Shown here: positions 7,965 to 18,233 of the stretch, in pieces
Position numbering within the stretch: the first letter of the stretch is position 1
How the letters are laid out: every line of letters begins with the position of its first letter
Source: a virus
Virus record (IMG/VR): IMGVR_UViG_3300009086_000015
Coordinates: 5,567-69,566 of that record
DNA length: 64,000 nucleotides
Direction: 5' to 3' (one strand)
The notes under the pieces: model-generated
Database searches by the model: none
What the model was told of the DNA's origin: nothing
The model's input: the letters and a program-made list of their open reading frames with translations, nothing else
Position numbers and translations under genes: made by a program

Positions 7965-9689
7965 ATGCTATATAAAAACATTGTATTAAAAGACAATCCA
8001 ATTGGCTTTTGGCCTCTTGATGAATCTTCTGGTGCAACTGCCTATGATTATTCTGGATCGCAAAACCATGCTTCCTATAACTTTACCCCAGATAATAAAT
8101 TTTTACCCCTTGTTCCTGGCGGGATTCTTGGAACAAAAATAAGCGGAACAAACAAAATAACTTTTTTAAATTTAAAAAGTCCATACGGTAATTACATCCA
8201 AGGCGCACTTGCCGATAAATATAGTTCTGATGTTTCATTTACAATAGAATGCTGGGTTCAATTTAATGAAGTTACTTCTGCAACAATATTTGCAGACCAA
8301 TCAAATGATATAGGATTTTATTGGGCAAACAACGCTATAGTATTTTCAATAGGAACAGATAAAAAAATATATCATCTCGTTAAAGATAAATACAAGTCTA
8401 TGCATGTTGTGGGAACCTACTCAAACAACCTAATGAGCTTGTATCTAGATGGAGATCTGATAGAAACAATCGATGTAACAGATTTTCTTTTTACAAATTC
8501 TACATTTGCTCCACAAATAGGAACAGTCTCTGGCAGCGCATCTTCATATATGATAGTAGATGCTCCAGCTATTTATAGATATCAGCTATCAAACTATTCA
8601 GTATTAACTCACTATCAAATGGCAGCATTGCCAAATTATGTTTCTATTGCAGATCCAGAAAATGGAAGAGCTTTTTCAAATACAGACGGTACATCTTTAT
8701 TAAGCTTAGTATACCAATACGGATTTAATAGAGACATGCAGCTCTTACAAAATGACGATCTATATTACAACACATTAACAAAAACAATTTCTCTTTTTAA
8801 AACAGAAGAAGCAGTGTCTAAAACAACAGAAGTTATAGACGTAATATCAATACCCATGATGCTAGACTTTGTTTCATCAAAAATTGAATGGTCTTCTGAC
8901 AACGGGGTATCCATCTATACTAGCTCAACTGGTGAATCTAACTCATACGTACAATGCGAAAATGGATTTCCTATACCACAATATCAGTATAACTCTTTGG
9001 CTGATTCTGGAATAATATATCTAAAGGTTGTTTATTCAACGACAGACTTATCTAAATACACTCCTTCTTTAGAAAATTTATCAATAACACTGTACTCAGA
9101 ACTTAGCGTTACGGCATCTAATTCACCAGCCACGCTATCTTCATCTTCTAATATTTCAATAGGATCTAAGTCCACCCCAGCTATAAAAAGAAATAGGGCA
9201 TCTGGAATTCGAACTGGTGGGTCAGGATCATTTACTGTGTCAGACACAGAAGAAACAAAAACAGTTGAAATGGTGTACACACCTGAAAATATAAACGCTT
9301 CCTCTTTATTATCTAGAGGGTCCAGCCATATATCCTGGAATCAGGCGGGAGTCATATCAAAGTCTGGTTTTGATAGCCTATATATCAATGGGTCGCTAGT
9401 TTCATGGTCAAGTAATATATGGACGTATTTGACAAAAAATCAGCCTTCTCACATTGTTGCGGTATTTACGGCTGGCGGGACAGAGGACATTGTGTTTAAT
9501 AATCAAGGAATAGCTTCTAAATATGAAGGCATTTCTTTGTATCCATCATCTGTAACAATAAGCCCATCTGTTCATTATGCAATGCATATTGGCTCATATT
9601 ATGAAAACATATCAAATGAGTCAATGACCATGACAGAAATTGGCACCCCTATATATAATTATGACTTTGTTGTGGTCAAAACCGTATAA
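7965..9689 (+). CDS. LamG/concanavalin A-like domain virion protein
   Basis: N-terminal P.GFWPLDE.SG..A.D.SG, FTIECWV, HVVGTY...LYLDG pattern typical of LamG-like phage structural proteins. Confidence 0.7.
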   Translation: MLYKNIVLKDNPIGFWPLDESSGATAYDYSGSQNHASYNFTPDNKFLPLVPGGILGTKISGTNKITFLNLKSPYGNYIQGALADKYSSDVSFTIECWVQFNEVTSATIFADQSNDIGFYWANNAIVFSIGTDKKIYHLVKDKYKSMHVVGTYSNNLMSLYLDGDLIETIDVTDFLFTNSTFAPQIGTVSGSASSYMIVDAPAIYRYQLSNYSVLTHYQMAALPNYVSIADPENGRAFSNTDGTSLLSLVYQYGFNRDMQLLQNDDLYYNTLTKTISLFKTEEAVSKTTEVIDVISIPMMLDFVSSKIEWSSDNGVSIYTSSTGESNSYVQCENGFPIPQYQYNSLADSGIIYLKVVYSTTDLSKYTPSLENLSITLYSELSVTASNSPATLSSSSNISIGSKSTPAIKRNRASGIRTGGSGSFTVSDTEETKTVEMVYTPENINASSLLSRGSSHISWNQAGVISKSGFDSLYINGSLVSWSSNIWTYLTKNQPSHIVAVFTAGGTEDIVFNNQGIASKYEGISLYPSSVTISPSVHYAMHIGSYYENISNESMTMTEIGTPIYNYDFVVVKTV

Positions 9690-9751
9690 TCTTGTCAAAG
9701 CCTTGGACAAAACCTAGACTTTAATATCAAATAATGGTACAATTAAGGTCT

Positions 9752-10090
9752 ATGAATATCTTAAACCAAAAATCACAGATTCTAGAAGAAACCACACTTG
9801 GCATATACGTGTGGGAAATGCCCGATGGCAGATGGATTGGAGACGATGATGGCAACTTCCTATCAGTCACATCCAAAAAAGGAAACAGATCTAAAATGGA
9901 CGCTTTGGCTAGAGAGGTTCGCTCATACGGTATTTATGAGGGCCAACCTAAATTCCTTTCTGGCAGAAGAAAAATCGATGACGAAGAATTTGAATATCAA
10001 AACGAAAGACTAAAGTGGGGCCTAACACCAGACCCTATGGATATTGGTGTTTATAAAGACTCAATGTTAAGAAATGGTAAGGTCAAATGA
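9752..10090 (+). CDS. Hypothetical protein upstream of portal
   Basis: ORF following the promoter motif TGgTACAAT (9735-9743); overlaps the portal start. Confidence 0.65.
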   Translation: MNILNQKSQILEETTLGIYVWEMPDGRWIGDDDGNFLSVTSKKGNRSKMDALAREVRSYGIYEGQPKFLSGRRKIDDEEFEYQNERLKWGLTPDPMDIGVYKDSMLRNGKVK

Positions 10091-11679
10091 AAAGGCTAGA
10101 ATCTATAGAAGACGAAATTGATACAGTATCCACAATTGATATATCAAATACGTCCGACTGGTTTCATTTTCAAAAGCTAGATGGGCCTCAAGATGATCCA
10201 TTTAAAATTGGCTTAGAAGAAATTAAAAAGTTAAGAGGCCTTGGAACAAACTTTAAACGTAAAATTAATCGTGACTTTTCAAAAGCATTTGTTGGAACAA
10301 GCGGAGTTTCAACACAGCAGAATTTATTACAGCAGGCAATTAGCGGGTATGCATTATTTGATCTAGTAGAGCCCACTTATAACCTAGAATACCTTTCAAA
10401 AATTTATGAAGTTTCAACGTATAACTACGCAGCAATTAATGCAAAGGTTTCAAATATTGTTGGGCTTGGATACATGTTTACAGAGACATCTAAAGCTAAA
10501 GATGCAATGGATGCAATTACAGATGATAAGCAATTAGATAGAGCCCGTGCAAAAATTGATAGAATTAAAACACAGCTAGACAAATGGCTTGATGATTGTA
10601 ATGAAGAGGAGTCTTTTACAGAGACCCTCATAAAGGCCTACACAGACCTTGAGGCGACAGGAAATGGTTATATAGAGGTAGGACGTACAGTCACTGGAGA
10701 CATAGGCTATATCGGCCACATACCAGCTAAGACAATGCGTGTGCGTAGATTCCGTGATGGGTTTATTCAGTTGCTCTACGGCAAGGCAGTTTTCTTTCGC
10801 AACTTTGGAGACCTAGAAACACCTAGCCCAATTGCTGGTCAAGAAGATCGACCAAACGAAATTATACATTTAAAGAAGTACACTCCAATGAATAACTATT
10901 ACGGAGTTCCAGATATTATTGCTGCACAACAAGCGCTGGCAGGAAATGAATTTGCAGGAAGATATAACCTAGACTACTTTGAAAATAAGGCGGTCCCAAG
11001 ATATATTATTACAGTAAAAGGAGCAAAGCTTTCTCCAGAGTCAGAAAGAAAGCTACTAGAGTTTTTCCAAGTTGGACTAAAGGGAAAGAACCATAGATCG
11101 CTATATATCCCACTACCAGCAGATACCCCAGATTCAAAAACCGAATTTAAGATGGAACCAATTGAAGCAGGCGAACAAGAGTCTTCATTTAATATCTATC
11201 GTAAATCTAATAGAGATGAAATCTTGCTGGCTCACCGTGTCCCAATTAGCAAGATAGGCATCCCAGAAGGAATTAACTTAGCAGCAGCCAGAGATGCAGA
11301 TAAAACATTTAAAGAGCAGGTATGTCGCCCATCACAAGATAGGCTTGAAAAGAAGCTAAACTATTTAATTGCAGAAAAGACAGATGTCGTACAATTAAAG
11401 TTTAATGAACTTAGCCTTACTGACGAAGAGACACAAAGCCGCATTGACGAAATTTATTTAAGAATGCAGGTAATTACCCCTAACGAAGTTCGCATTAGAA
11501 AGAACATGACAACCGTAGACGGTGGAGACGAAATGGTAGATTTAAAGCCACAGCAAGTGGCTGATCAAAATGCCAAGTCTACTGGCAACAGATTGCGAGA
11601 CCAGCAAAGGTCCGCAAATGCCCCAGATAAAAGCGGAGAGGCCAGAAACCCAAAAGGTGATGGTCCAAAAGTCAAATAA
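10087..11679 (+). CDS. Portal protein
   Basis: TGNGYIEV, EIIHLK...YYGVP, YFENKAVP, EILLAHRVP..IG, TPNEVR motifs of HK97/PBSX-type portals; precedes protease and capsid. Confidence 0.92.
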   Translation: MKRLESIEDEIDTVSTIDISNTSDWFHFQKLDGPQDDPFKIGLEEIKKLRGLGTNFKRKINRDFSKAFVGTSGVSTQQNLLQQAISGYALFDLVEPTYNLEYLSKIYEVSTYNYAAINAKVSNIVGLGYMFTETSKAKDAMDAITDDKQLDRARAKIDRIKTQLDKWLDDCNEEESFTETLIKAYTDLEATGNGYIEVGRTVTGDIGYIGHIPAKTMRVRRFRDGFIQLLYGKAVFFRNFGDLETPSPIAGQEDRPNEIIHLKKYTPMNNYYGVPDIIAAQQALAGNEFAGRYNLDYFENKAVPRYIITVKGAKLSPESERKLLEFFQVGLKGKNHRSLYIPLPADTPDSKTEFKMEPIEAGEQESSFNIYRKSNRDEILLAHRVPISKIGIPEGINLAAARDADKTFKEQVCRPSQDRLEKKLNYLIAEKTDVVQLKFNELSLTDEETQSRIDEIYLRMQVITPNEVRIRKNMTTVDGGDEMVDLKPQQVADQNAKSTGNRLRDQQRSANAPDKSGEARNPKGDGPKVK

Positions 11680-11732
11680 GTTTAATCGACTGCTATTTGC
11701 GTTAGAGTAGATAAACCTATAAAATTAAGCAT

Positions 11733-13043
11733 ATGAACATTGAAAAAGGCCTATGGTCAAGTAATGGCGACAACTTGCACTTGTCAGTACCATTTACTAA
11801 AGTCAACCGTGAAAACAGAACAGTCTCTGGTTTTGCAACATTAGATAATGTTGATCAGACAGGTGATGTAGTTACTGCTGAAGCAAGCATGAAAGCATTT
11901 GAAAGCTTTAGAGGAAACCTTCGTGAGATGCATCAACCAATGGCTGTTGGTAAAGTAGTATCATTCAAGCCAGAAACATACTACGACCAAACAACAAAAG
12001 AATTTTACAATGGAGTTTATGTAACTTCATATATTTCAAAGGGTGCACAAGACACTTGGGAAAAAGTTCTTGATGGTACTCTTTCTGGTTTTTCAATCGG
12101 CGGAAAAATAACAGAGTCTGACAATGAAGTTAATAAGGCGGACGGAACACAGGTTAGATTTATCAAGGCTTACGATCTAGTAGAGCTATCAATTGTAGAT
12201 TCACCAGCAAACCAACTTTGCAATATTCTTTCAATTGAGAAGATGAATGGCCAACTTGTATTCAAGGGTATGGCAGCAGATGTTGTTACAGAAAATATTT
12301 TTTATTGTGAAGAAAGCGATTCTGTTTTTATGTCAACAGAAAAAACTTTTGATTCACCAATCACAGGTAAGCCAGCAAAAATTATTGGCTGGGTAGAAAG
12401 TTCAGATATGAATAAGTCAAAAGAAATAGATAAGATTCTTGCTTCATTTAAGAAGACAAGATTAGCGTTGCCTGAAACACAAACAATTGCAAAACAGGCA
12501 AACGTAGAAGGAGGTAATGAGATGTCAGACGTACAAAATGATGTAGTTGTAGAAGCCGTAGAAGCAGAAACAATTATTGAAAAGTCTGTCGACGTTGTAG
12601 AAGAAGTAGCAGCAGTTGAGGCTATTGCAGAAACAACCGAAGACACAACTCCTGCCGACTCCGTTGAAGAAACAGTTGAAAAAACAGCTGATCCTGACTT
12701 TGCAAAAATGTTAGGCGATCTTAAGGGATTTTTCTCGGAGACACTCGCAAAGGCTACAGACGCAAATGCGGCTCAAGTTTCAGAAATTAAAGAAACAGTT
12801 GAGTCATTCAGCAAGAGCGTAAATGGTCAAATTGCAGAGTTGGCAGAAAAGCATAATGCATTAAGCACAGCAGTGCTAGAAATCAAAGGCACCATTGATG
12901 GTGTTCAAAAGCGTGTAGATGCCGTCGAAGGCGACACAGCTATTAAGAAGTCTTCTGATCTTGGCCGTTCAGAGGTTGTAACAAAAAAATCAACATGGAA
13001 CGGTTCTTTCCTCGGTTCCGTAAATGAAATCTTTTCAAACTAA
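11733..13043 (+). CDS. Prohead (capsid maturation) protease fused to an acidic/coiled-coil scaffold
   Basis: VSGFAT..VD..GDVV, REMH, GFSIGG, LVELSIVDSPAN (HK97-type protease), then an acidic coiled-coil C-terminus. Confidence 0.88.
   Translation: MNIEKGLWSSNGDNLHLSVPFTKVNRENRTVSGFATLDNVDQTGDVVTAEASMKAFESFRGNLREMHQPMAVGKVVSFKPETYYDQTTKEFYNGVYVTSYISKGAQDTWEKVLDGTLSGFSIGGKITESDNEVNKADGTQVRFIKAYDLVELSIVDSPANQLCNILSIEKMNGQLVFKGMAADVVTENIFYCEESDSVFMSTEKTFDSPITGKPAKIIGWVESSDMNKSKEIDKILASFKKTRLALPETQTIAKQANVEGGNEMSDVQNDVVVEAVEAETIIEKSVDVVEEVAAVEAIAETTEDTTPADSVEETVEKTADPDFAKMLGDLKGFFSETLAKATDANAAQVSEIKETVESFSKSVNGQIAELAEKHNALSTAVLEIKGTIDGVQKRVDAVEGDTAIKKSSDLGRSEVVTKKSTWNGSFLGSVNEIFSN
12522..13043 (+). 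CDS. Putative nested in-frame scaffolding protein (internal start)
   Basis: Strong SD AAGGAGGT (12508-12515) 6 nt before an in-frame ATG at 12522 (MSDVQND...). Confidence 0.6.
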   Translation: MSDVQNDVVVEAVEAETIIEKSVDVVEEVAAVEAIAETTEDTTPADSVEETVEKTADPDFAKMLGDLKGFFSETLAKATDANAAQVSEIKETVESFSKSVNGQIAELAEKHNALSTAVLEIKGTIDGVQKRVDAVEGDTAIKKSSDLGRSEVVTKKSTWNGSFLGSVNEIFSN

Positions 13044-13061
13044 AGGGTAGGTGAAATAAAA

Positions 13062-14111
13062 ATGAGTAATGAACTATTAGAAAAAGCAGTAGCAGCAGGT
13101 ACAAATGTAACTGGTAGCTATGCATCCGCAACTGGTGGAACTGGAGTACACACAGCGTCTGAAAATGGCAATGGTGGACTTCTAAACCCAGAACAATCAG
13201 CGCGATTTCTAGACTATATGTTCGACGCTACCGTAATTGGTAAGGTTGCACGTACTGTCCGAATGAAAGCAGATACAACAGAGATTGACCGTATGTCTAT
13301 CGGTGAGAAGCTTGTAAAGCTTGCAACTGAAGCAGACAACACAGGAGTTAACTCACCTGTAACATTCTCAAAAATTTCTTTGACAACAAAGAAGCTTCGC
13401 ATGGACTGGGAACTTTCAACAGAGTCTCTTGAAGACAATATTGAAGGCGCAGACGTCGAAGATCATATTGCCAGAATGATGGCAACACAAGCAGGTAACG
13501 ATATTGAAGATTTGATCCTAAACGGAGATACTTCACTAACTGGAGATGCTCTTTACAAGTCATTTGATGGCGCAGTAAAGAAGGCAAAGACTTCAGGTCG
13601 CGTAGTAGATGCAGCTGGAGCAGCCGTTTCACGTGCTGTATTCAACTCTGCACTTAAGGCACTTCCACGTAAGTACAAGCAGCGTCGTACAGACCTTCGC
13701 TTCCTTGCAGGATCAAACTTGATCCAGGATTACCTATACTCAACATCTAATTCAACAAACTTTGCAAACCCACAGGATATTGCTTCAGGCATCATCCGTG
13801 GTGATGTTCCAGTTGTTGGAGGTCCAGCAGGATATGTAGCTCCATACGCATTTGGTATTCCAATCGTTGAAGTTCCACTTCTTAATGAGACACAGGCTGG
13901 TACATACGCTAGCCCATCAGGTTCACACGGAGATATCCACTTGACATTCCCAAATAACGTTGTTATTGGTATCAAGCGTGATGTTACTGTTTACCGCTTC
14001 TTCTGGCCACGTAAGGACTCAGTCGAGTACACAATGTATACTCGTGTTGGCGTCCAGATCGAGCAAGCAGATGCTTGGGTAGTCGTAAAGAACGTTAAGG
14101 TTGCTTCTTAA
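13062..14111 (+). CDS. Major capsid protein (HK97 fold)
   Basis: GGLLNPEQS..F, LEDNIEG, DIEDLILNGD, LKALPRKY; position after the protease, strong RBS and a downstream terminator. Confidence 0.92.
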   Translation: MSNELLEKAVAAGTNVTGSYASATGGTGVHTASENGNGGLLNPEQSARFLDYMFDATVIGKVARTVRMKADTTEIDRMSIGEKLVKLATEADNTGVNSPVTFSKISLTTKKLRMDWELSTESLEDNIEGADVEDHIARMMATQAGNDIEDLILNGDTSLTGDALYKSFDGAVKKAKTSGRVVDAAGAAVSRAVFNSALKALPRKYKQRRTDLRFLAGSNLIQDYLYSTSNSTNFANPQDIASGIIRGDVPVVGGPAGYVAPYAFGIPIVEVPLLNETQAGTYASPSGSHGDIHLTFPNNVVIGIKRDVTVYRFFWPRKDSVEYTMYTRVGVQIEQADAWVVVKNVKVAS

Positions 14112-14132
14112 TTAATTAAGAATTAAACTACC

Positions 14133-14169
14133 GAAAGGCCCCCAATTAATTTTGGGGGCTTTTCATTTT
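14133..14169 (+). terminator. Rho-independent terminator after the capsid gene
   Basis: GAAAGGCCCCCAA...TTGGGGGCTTTTC followed by a T-rich tract. Confidence 0.85.
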
Positions 14170-14179
14170 AATTTAACAA

Positions 14180-14188
14180 TGCTATAAT
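14180..14188 (+). promoter_or_regulatory. Extended -10 promoter
   Basis: TGcTATAAT upstream of RBS AAGGAG. Confidence 0.65.
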
Positions 14189-14218
14189 TAAAGGACCTAG
14201 AAAAAGGAGAATATAAGT

Positions 14219-14611
14219 ATGTCGTTTGACACATTAAAGGTAGCCGAATTAAAAGTAATTGCAGAAGATTTTGCGGTTGACACAGAAGGCTTAAAGAACA
14301 AAAAAGACATTATTGCAGCCCTATCCGAAGAAGGAGTTTCTTGGTCAGTCTATCAAAAGACAAAGCAGGAAATTGAAGATAATCTAGAAGAGATTGAAAT
14401 AATTCCTAGACTAGATCCAAAAAAGGTAGACGCAGACTCTATTTTGGTAAGAATGACAAGAGAGAATTACCGATACGATATTCATGGTCATACATTTACA
14501 AAAGAACATCCGTTCGTTGCAATGCCAGAAGAAGACGCTCAAAAAATTTTTGATACAGAGGAGGGTTTTCGTTTAGCGACACCAAAGGAAGTCCAAGACT
14601 TTTATCACTAA
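14219..14611 (+). CDS. Hypothetical head-associated protein (N-terminal HeH/Rho_N-like helix pair)
   Basis: LKVAELKVIA...LKNKKDIIAAL resembles a HeH/Rho-N motif; located between capsid and neck genes. Confidence 0.55.
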   Translation: MSFDTLKVAELKVIAEDFAVDTEGLKNKKDIIAALSEEGVSWSVYQKTKQEIEDNLEEIEIIPRLDPKKVDADSILVRMTRENYRYDIHGHTFTKEHPFVAMPEEDAQKIFDTEEGFRLATPKEVQDFYH

Positions 14612-14627
14612 ACGTTAACATAAGTTA

Positions 14628-15593
14628 ATGGCAGAAATATATAAATCTCAAACATCACCAGTAAAGACTAAGATATATTGGGGTGGAGAAATAACAGACG
14701 CAGATGGCGCAGTCACTGCAGCTGTAAGCGAGGTGCATGGCAATAATAGCTTTACATTGCTTGCAACCTATACTGCCACAAAACTAGAATCAGACATAGG
14801 TACGTATCAAATAACGATACCTTATACCATGACGTCAGTCCCTAAAAAGCTTACAATAAGATGGACATATACTATAGGTGGAGTCCAGGGAGCCAATACT
14901 CAAATTGTAGATATTGTAACCCCTTATGTAAATATAGCAGACGTGATAGATGATTTAAATTTTGGAACAGATCAGTCTGACCCTAACTACAAAAATTATA
15001 ATGAACTACAACTTGCTGAAAAGTATGCTAGAAAATTAATTGAAGCATACACAAACCAGGTTTTTTATCCTTATATTGGAACCCAAGTTGCACAGGGGTA
15101 TGGGTCAGACATACTTCCACTTCCAATTAGAATAGAACAAATTACAAGATTATATGAAGAAGATGTAAAGGTATTTGAAACAGGCCAAACATCAAATAAT
15201 TGGTTTTATACACCAATAGTTTCTGAATCAAATTATGGAATTAGAGTTAATATACAAGACCTACAAGATAATTTAATATACTCAGCAAATGGAATGATAC
15301 CACCTTCAGTAAATAGCAGATCATATTCAGGAACATTTAAGAAAGACTTTAGGTATGTTGTTGACGGTGTCTTTGGTTGGCAGTATGTTCCAGATAATGT
15401 AAGAGAAGCATGCAAGATTTTGATGCAACAATATTTTGAAAAAGATCGTGCATGGAAAGACAAGTATGTAAAAAACATTAGCACATTTGACTGGAAGTTT
15501 GAATTCATGGAGGATGCACATAGAGGCACAGGAAACCTATATGCAGATCAACTACTTGCACCATATATAACAAACGGTATGGTTGTATTTTAA
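14628..15593 (+). CDS. Head-to-tail adaptor
   Basis: AE.YAR.LIE.YT.Q.F, G.FGW.YVP..V.EA...L, TGN..AD.LL.PY pattern of gp6/gp15-like adaptors; synteny. Confidence 0.75.
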   Translation: MAEIYKSQTSPVKTKIYWGGEITDADGAVTAAVSEVHGNNSFTLLATYTATKLESDIGTYQITIPYTMTSVPKKLTIRWTYTIGGVQGANTQIVDIVTPYVNIADVIDDLNFGTDQSDPNYKNYNELQLAEKYARKLIEAYTNQVFYPYIGTQVAQGYGSDILPLPIRIEQITRLYEEDVKVFETGQTSNNWFYTPIVSESNYGIRVNIQDLQDNLIYSANGMIPPSVNSRSYSGTFKKDFRYVVDGVFGWQYVPDNVREACKILMQQYFEKDRAWKDKYVKNISTFDWKFEFMEDAHRGTGNLYADQLLAPYITNGMVVF

Positions 15594-16019
15594 ATGAGCC
15601 TGGCAACTTCCCTAATGCCACTTCAGCTTGACATATATCTTCAATCAGATACACAAGATGAAAACACTGGCGCTATCAAAAAAGACTGGGCCTATTCTAA
15701 AACAATGCAGTGCTCTGCAAAAGGAATAATATCTAACTCTGGAACAGGCCGTGGCGGTGATAGACAAACCCTTAACACAAAATATTCTAACGAACAGATG
15801 CTTGAAATAAGAAGCGTTGATCAGATTACTTATAGAGATAAGATAACAAACATTAGAGACATTAAGGGTAACATAGTTTGGAAAGAATTAGACTTTCCTT
15901 CAGAGACCCCAACAGTATTTGAAGTAGTTAGCTCAACACCGATAACAGATCCATTTGGCAATATACTTGCATATAACTCTATTGTTAAAAGATCGGAGAA
16001 CCAGCAAATTGGAATCTAA
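15594..16019 (+). CDS. Head-closure/stopper protein
   Basis: Size, position and beta-rich pattern (QD..TG..K..W). Confidence 0.6.
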   Translation: MSLATSLMPLQLDIYLQSDTQDENTGAIKKDWAYSKTMQCSAKGIISNSGTGRGGDRQTLNTKYSNEQMLEIRSVDQITYRDKITNIRDIKGNIVWKELDFPSETPTVFEVVSSTPITDPFGNILAYNSIVKRSENQQIGI

Positions 16020-16797
16020 TGTCGCACTTCTTCGAGCCGCAAGCGGACTAGAAAGATTAATGGCTGGAGCCCCAGTAGGCCCAGTAAAAGATAGCAATGT
16101 AGCACAGATATCTGCATTCCTATATCATCAAGCTAATGTCCTTGCCAAATTAGATTCAGACGCAGCATTTAAAAAACTATTTAAGAAAACAATATTTGAT
16201 AGCATTAATAAAGAGTTTGGTCAGTATATAGATGCAAAGGCAAGAGTAAAACCAAACTCATTGCACCATGTATACGAGTGGAATAAAACTGGGCAGCCTA
16301 CAAGTAGACTATTCCTATTAAAACAAATAGACTCATCTGGACTATCATTTAAAATAGACTCAAACTTTATTCTTTCAAGATCAGCTGTTCCATCAAGAAA
16401 CAAAAAGCAAAAGAAGAAATACATATTTGCAAATAAGGCTGATGTAATGGAAGCTGGGCTACCAGTTATAATAAGACCAAAGTCTGCAGAAAGACTTGTA
16501 TTTGAATTAGACGGAATAACAGTCTTTATGCCAAAGGGCTCGTCCGTAACAGTAAAAAGCCCAGGCGGAAAAGCATCAAGCAATCAATTTAAATTGGCCT
16601 ACTCACAATTCTTTTCAGGCAACCTAGTGAATATAGCAATCAAAAATTCTGGATTTCAAAACCTATTTAATGCGGGAATGACAAAAGCACTAGCAGTCCC
16701 AGGATCAATAAAGAAAATCCAATATTCATTTAGCCCTAACGCAATAAGAGCAGAGGCAGATATGTCATTGGCAAAAGCATTTGGAGGGGCACTATGA
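16009..16797 (+). CDS. Neck/tail-completion protein (putative)
   Basis: Basic protein with LHHVYEW motif between stopper and terminator genes; TTG start at 16009 after GGAG. Confidence 0.55.
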   Translation: MESNVALLRAASGLERLMAGAPVGPVKDSNVAQISAFLYHQANVLAKLDSDAAFKKLFKKTIFDSINKEFGQYIDAKARVKPNSLHHVYEWNKTGQPTSRLFLLKQIDSSGLSFKIDSNFILSRSAVPSRNKKQKKKYIFANKADVMEAGLPVIIRPKSAERLVFELDGITVFMPKGSSVTVKSPGGKASSNQFKLAYSQFFSGNLVNIAIKNSGFQNLFNAGMTKALAVPGSIKKIQYSFSPNAIRAEADMSLAKAFGGAL

Positions 16798-17300
16798 TAG
16801 ATTATAATATAGACGCAATGTATGAGATAAGAAAGCACCTATGGCAAGAGCTTATATTGAATAAGATATTCAATGACTCAGATTACTATAGTGATAATAT
16901 AGGCAAAGAGATTATCCCAATTATCCCAGTCCAGCAACAGCCCGAATTAAATCAATTTTTAAGCGGCAAGAAGCATATAGTGTATGACAAGATAGGCCTA
17001 TCCTATGAAGACAATTGGATGATATGCTGTGAGAAGATGCTGTTTACCATATATGCCACCGATTTTTCAGAGATCAATCAGATTAGAAATTTAATGCTAG
17101 ACGTATTTAGAAGAATGGACGACTCAGCCAAAGACCTAAATGCCTCAAAATCAACCCCAAAGATTAAGTTCTTTAATACCATGGTTGTTGAAATATCACC
17201 CACTGAGCCATCCCAAGAACTGCAGGGATTTTTGTCTGCAGATGTAATCCTTGAGGTTAAATATGCAAGAATAACAGACGGGGCTGGAAGATTTAACTAG
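16794..17300 (+). CDS. Tail terminator protein (putative)
   Basis: Position immediately before the major tail gene; size and composition fit. Confidence 0.6.
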   Translation: MIDYNIDAMYEIRKHLWQELILNKIFNDSDYYSDNIGKEIIPIIPVQQQPELNQFLSGKKHIVYDKIGLSYEDNWMICCEKMLFTIYATDFSEINQIRNLMLDVFRRMDDSAKDLNASKSTPKIKFFNTMVVEISPTEPSQELQGFLSADVILEVKYARITDGAGRFN

Positions 17301-17427
17301 GTTGCTTTTGGGTGCATTATACTCTAAAATTAGTCTTAGAGGAAAAGAGCCTAGCCAGCTTGATTTAAAGTTTTAAAGTTTTAAAGTAAGTCAATATATA
17401 TATATTTATTTAACAGGAGGTTTTAAA

Positions 17428-18126
17428 ATGGCATCAGCCAAAAATATTTTAGTAGGAGCTTCTCCGCTATTCTTGTCAGCTTCTGATTCAACAACAGCTG
17501 GATATGTAGCAGACATGGAGCCAGGAGCAGCAGGTGGCGTAGCATTCGTAACAAAGAACTTAGCAGCAACACCAGCAGTTCCAGCAACAGTTTCATACAC
17601 AGATACTCTAAATGCAAACGCAGCAGCAGCATCACCAAAGTGGAGAAACGTAGGATTTACAAACAATGGTCTACAAATTACTTACAACCCATCATACGGT
17701 TCAGTAACAGTAGATCAGCTTCTTGACTCAGCAAAACTTTTTAAAGAGTCAATGGAAGTTATGATTGCAACAGAGCTTGCAGAAGGTACTCTTGAAAACG
17801 TTCTTGCAGTATTTGGTCAAGCAGGCGCACCAACAGTAACAGGAACTGGAGACTCAAAGAAGTCTACAATTGGTATGGAAGCGGGAGCTCTTGGTATTGC
17901 ACCAACAGAGCGTCAGCTAGTAGCAGTTGGTCAGGCACCTACAGAAAGCGCAACAGCAGCAGAGCGTGTATATTATGCACGTAGAGTTCTTTCTGTACAA
18001 CAGTCACAGTTCTCTCTATCACGTAACGCAGCAACAACATTCCCAGTTACTTTCCGTCTACTTCCAGTAGCAGAAAAAACTGGCTCTGAATACGGTATCA
18101 TTGTAGACCGTGTCCTAGTAGCATAA
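17428..18126 (+). CDS. Major tail (tube) protein
   Basis: NILVGA, VGFTNNGL..TY.P, VDQLLD, T.LAE.TLEN; strong RBS AGGAGG; terminator follows; precedes chaperones and tape measure. Confidence 0.85.
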   Translation: MASAKNILVGASPLFLSASDSTTAGYVADMEPGAAGGVAFVTKNLAATPAVPATVSYTDTLNANAAAASPKWRNVGFTNNGLQITYNPSYGSVTVDQLLDSAKLFKESMEVMIATELAEGTLENVLAVFGQAGAPTVTGTGDSKKSTIGMEAGALGIAPTERQLVAVGQAPTESATAAERVYYARRVLSVQQSQFSLSRNAATTFPVTFRLLPVAEKTGSEYGIIVDRVLVA

Positions 18127-18141
18127 TTAATTTAATTAATT

Positions 18142-18177
18142 AATAGGACCCCCCAAGAAATTGGGGGGTTTCCTATT
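18142..18177 (+). terminator. Hairpin terminator after the major tail gene
   Basis: AATAGGA-CCCCCCAA-GAAA-TTGGGGGG-TT-TCCTATT. Confidence 0.8.
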
Positions 18178-18233
18178 GCCCTTATATTTTCTATATGATA
18201 CAATAATTATAAGTAGATCCTAGGAGGATTAAA

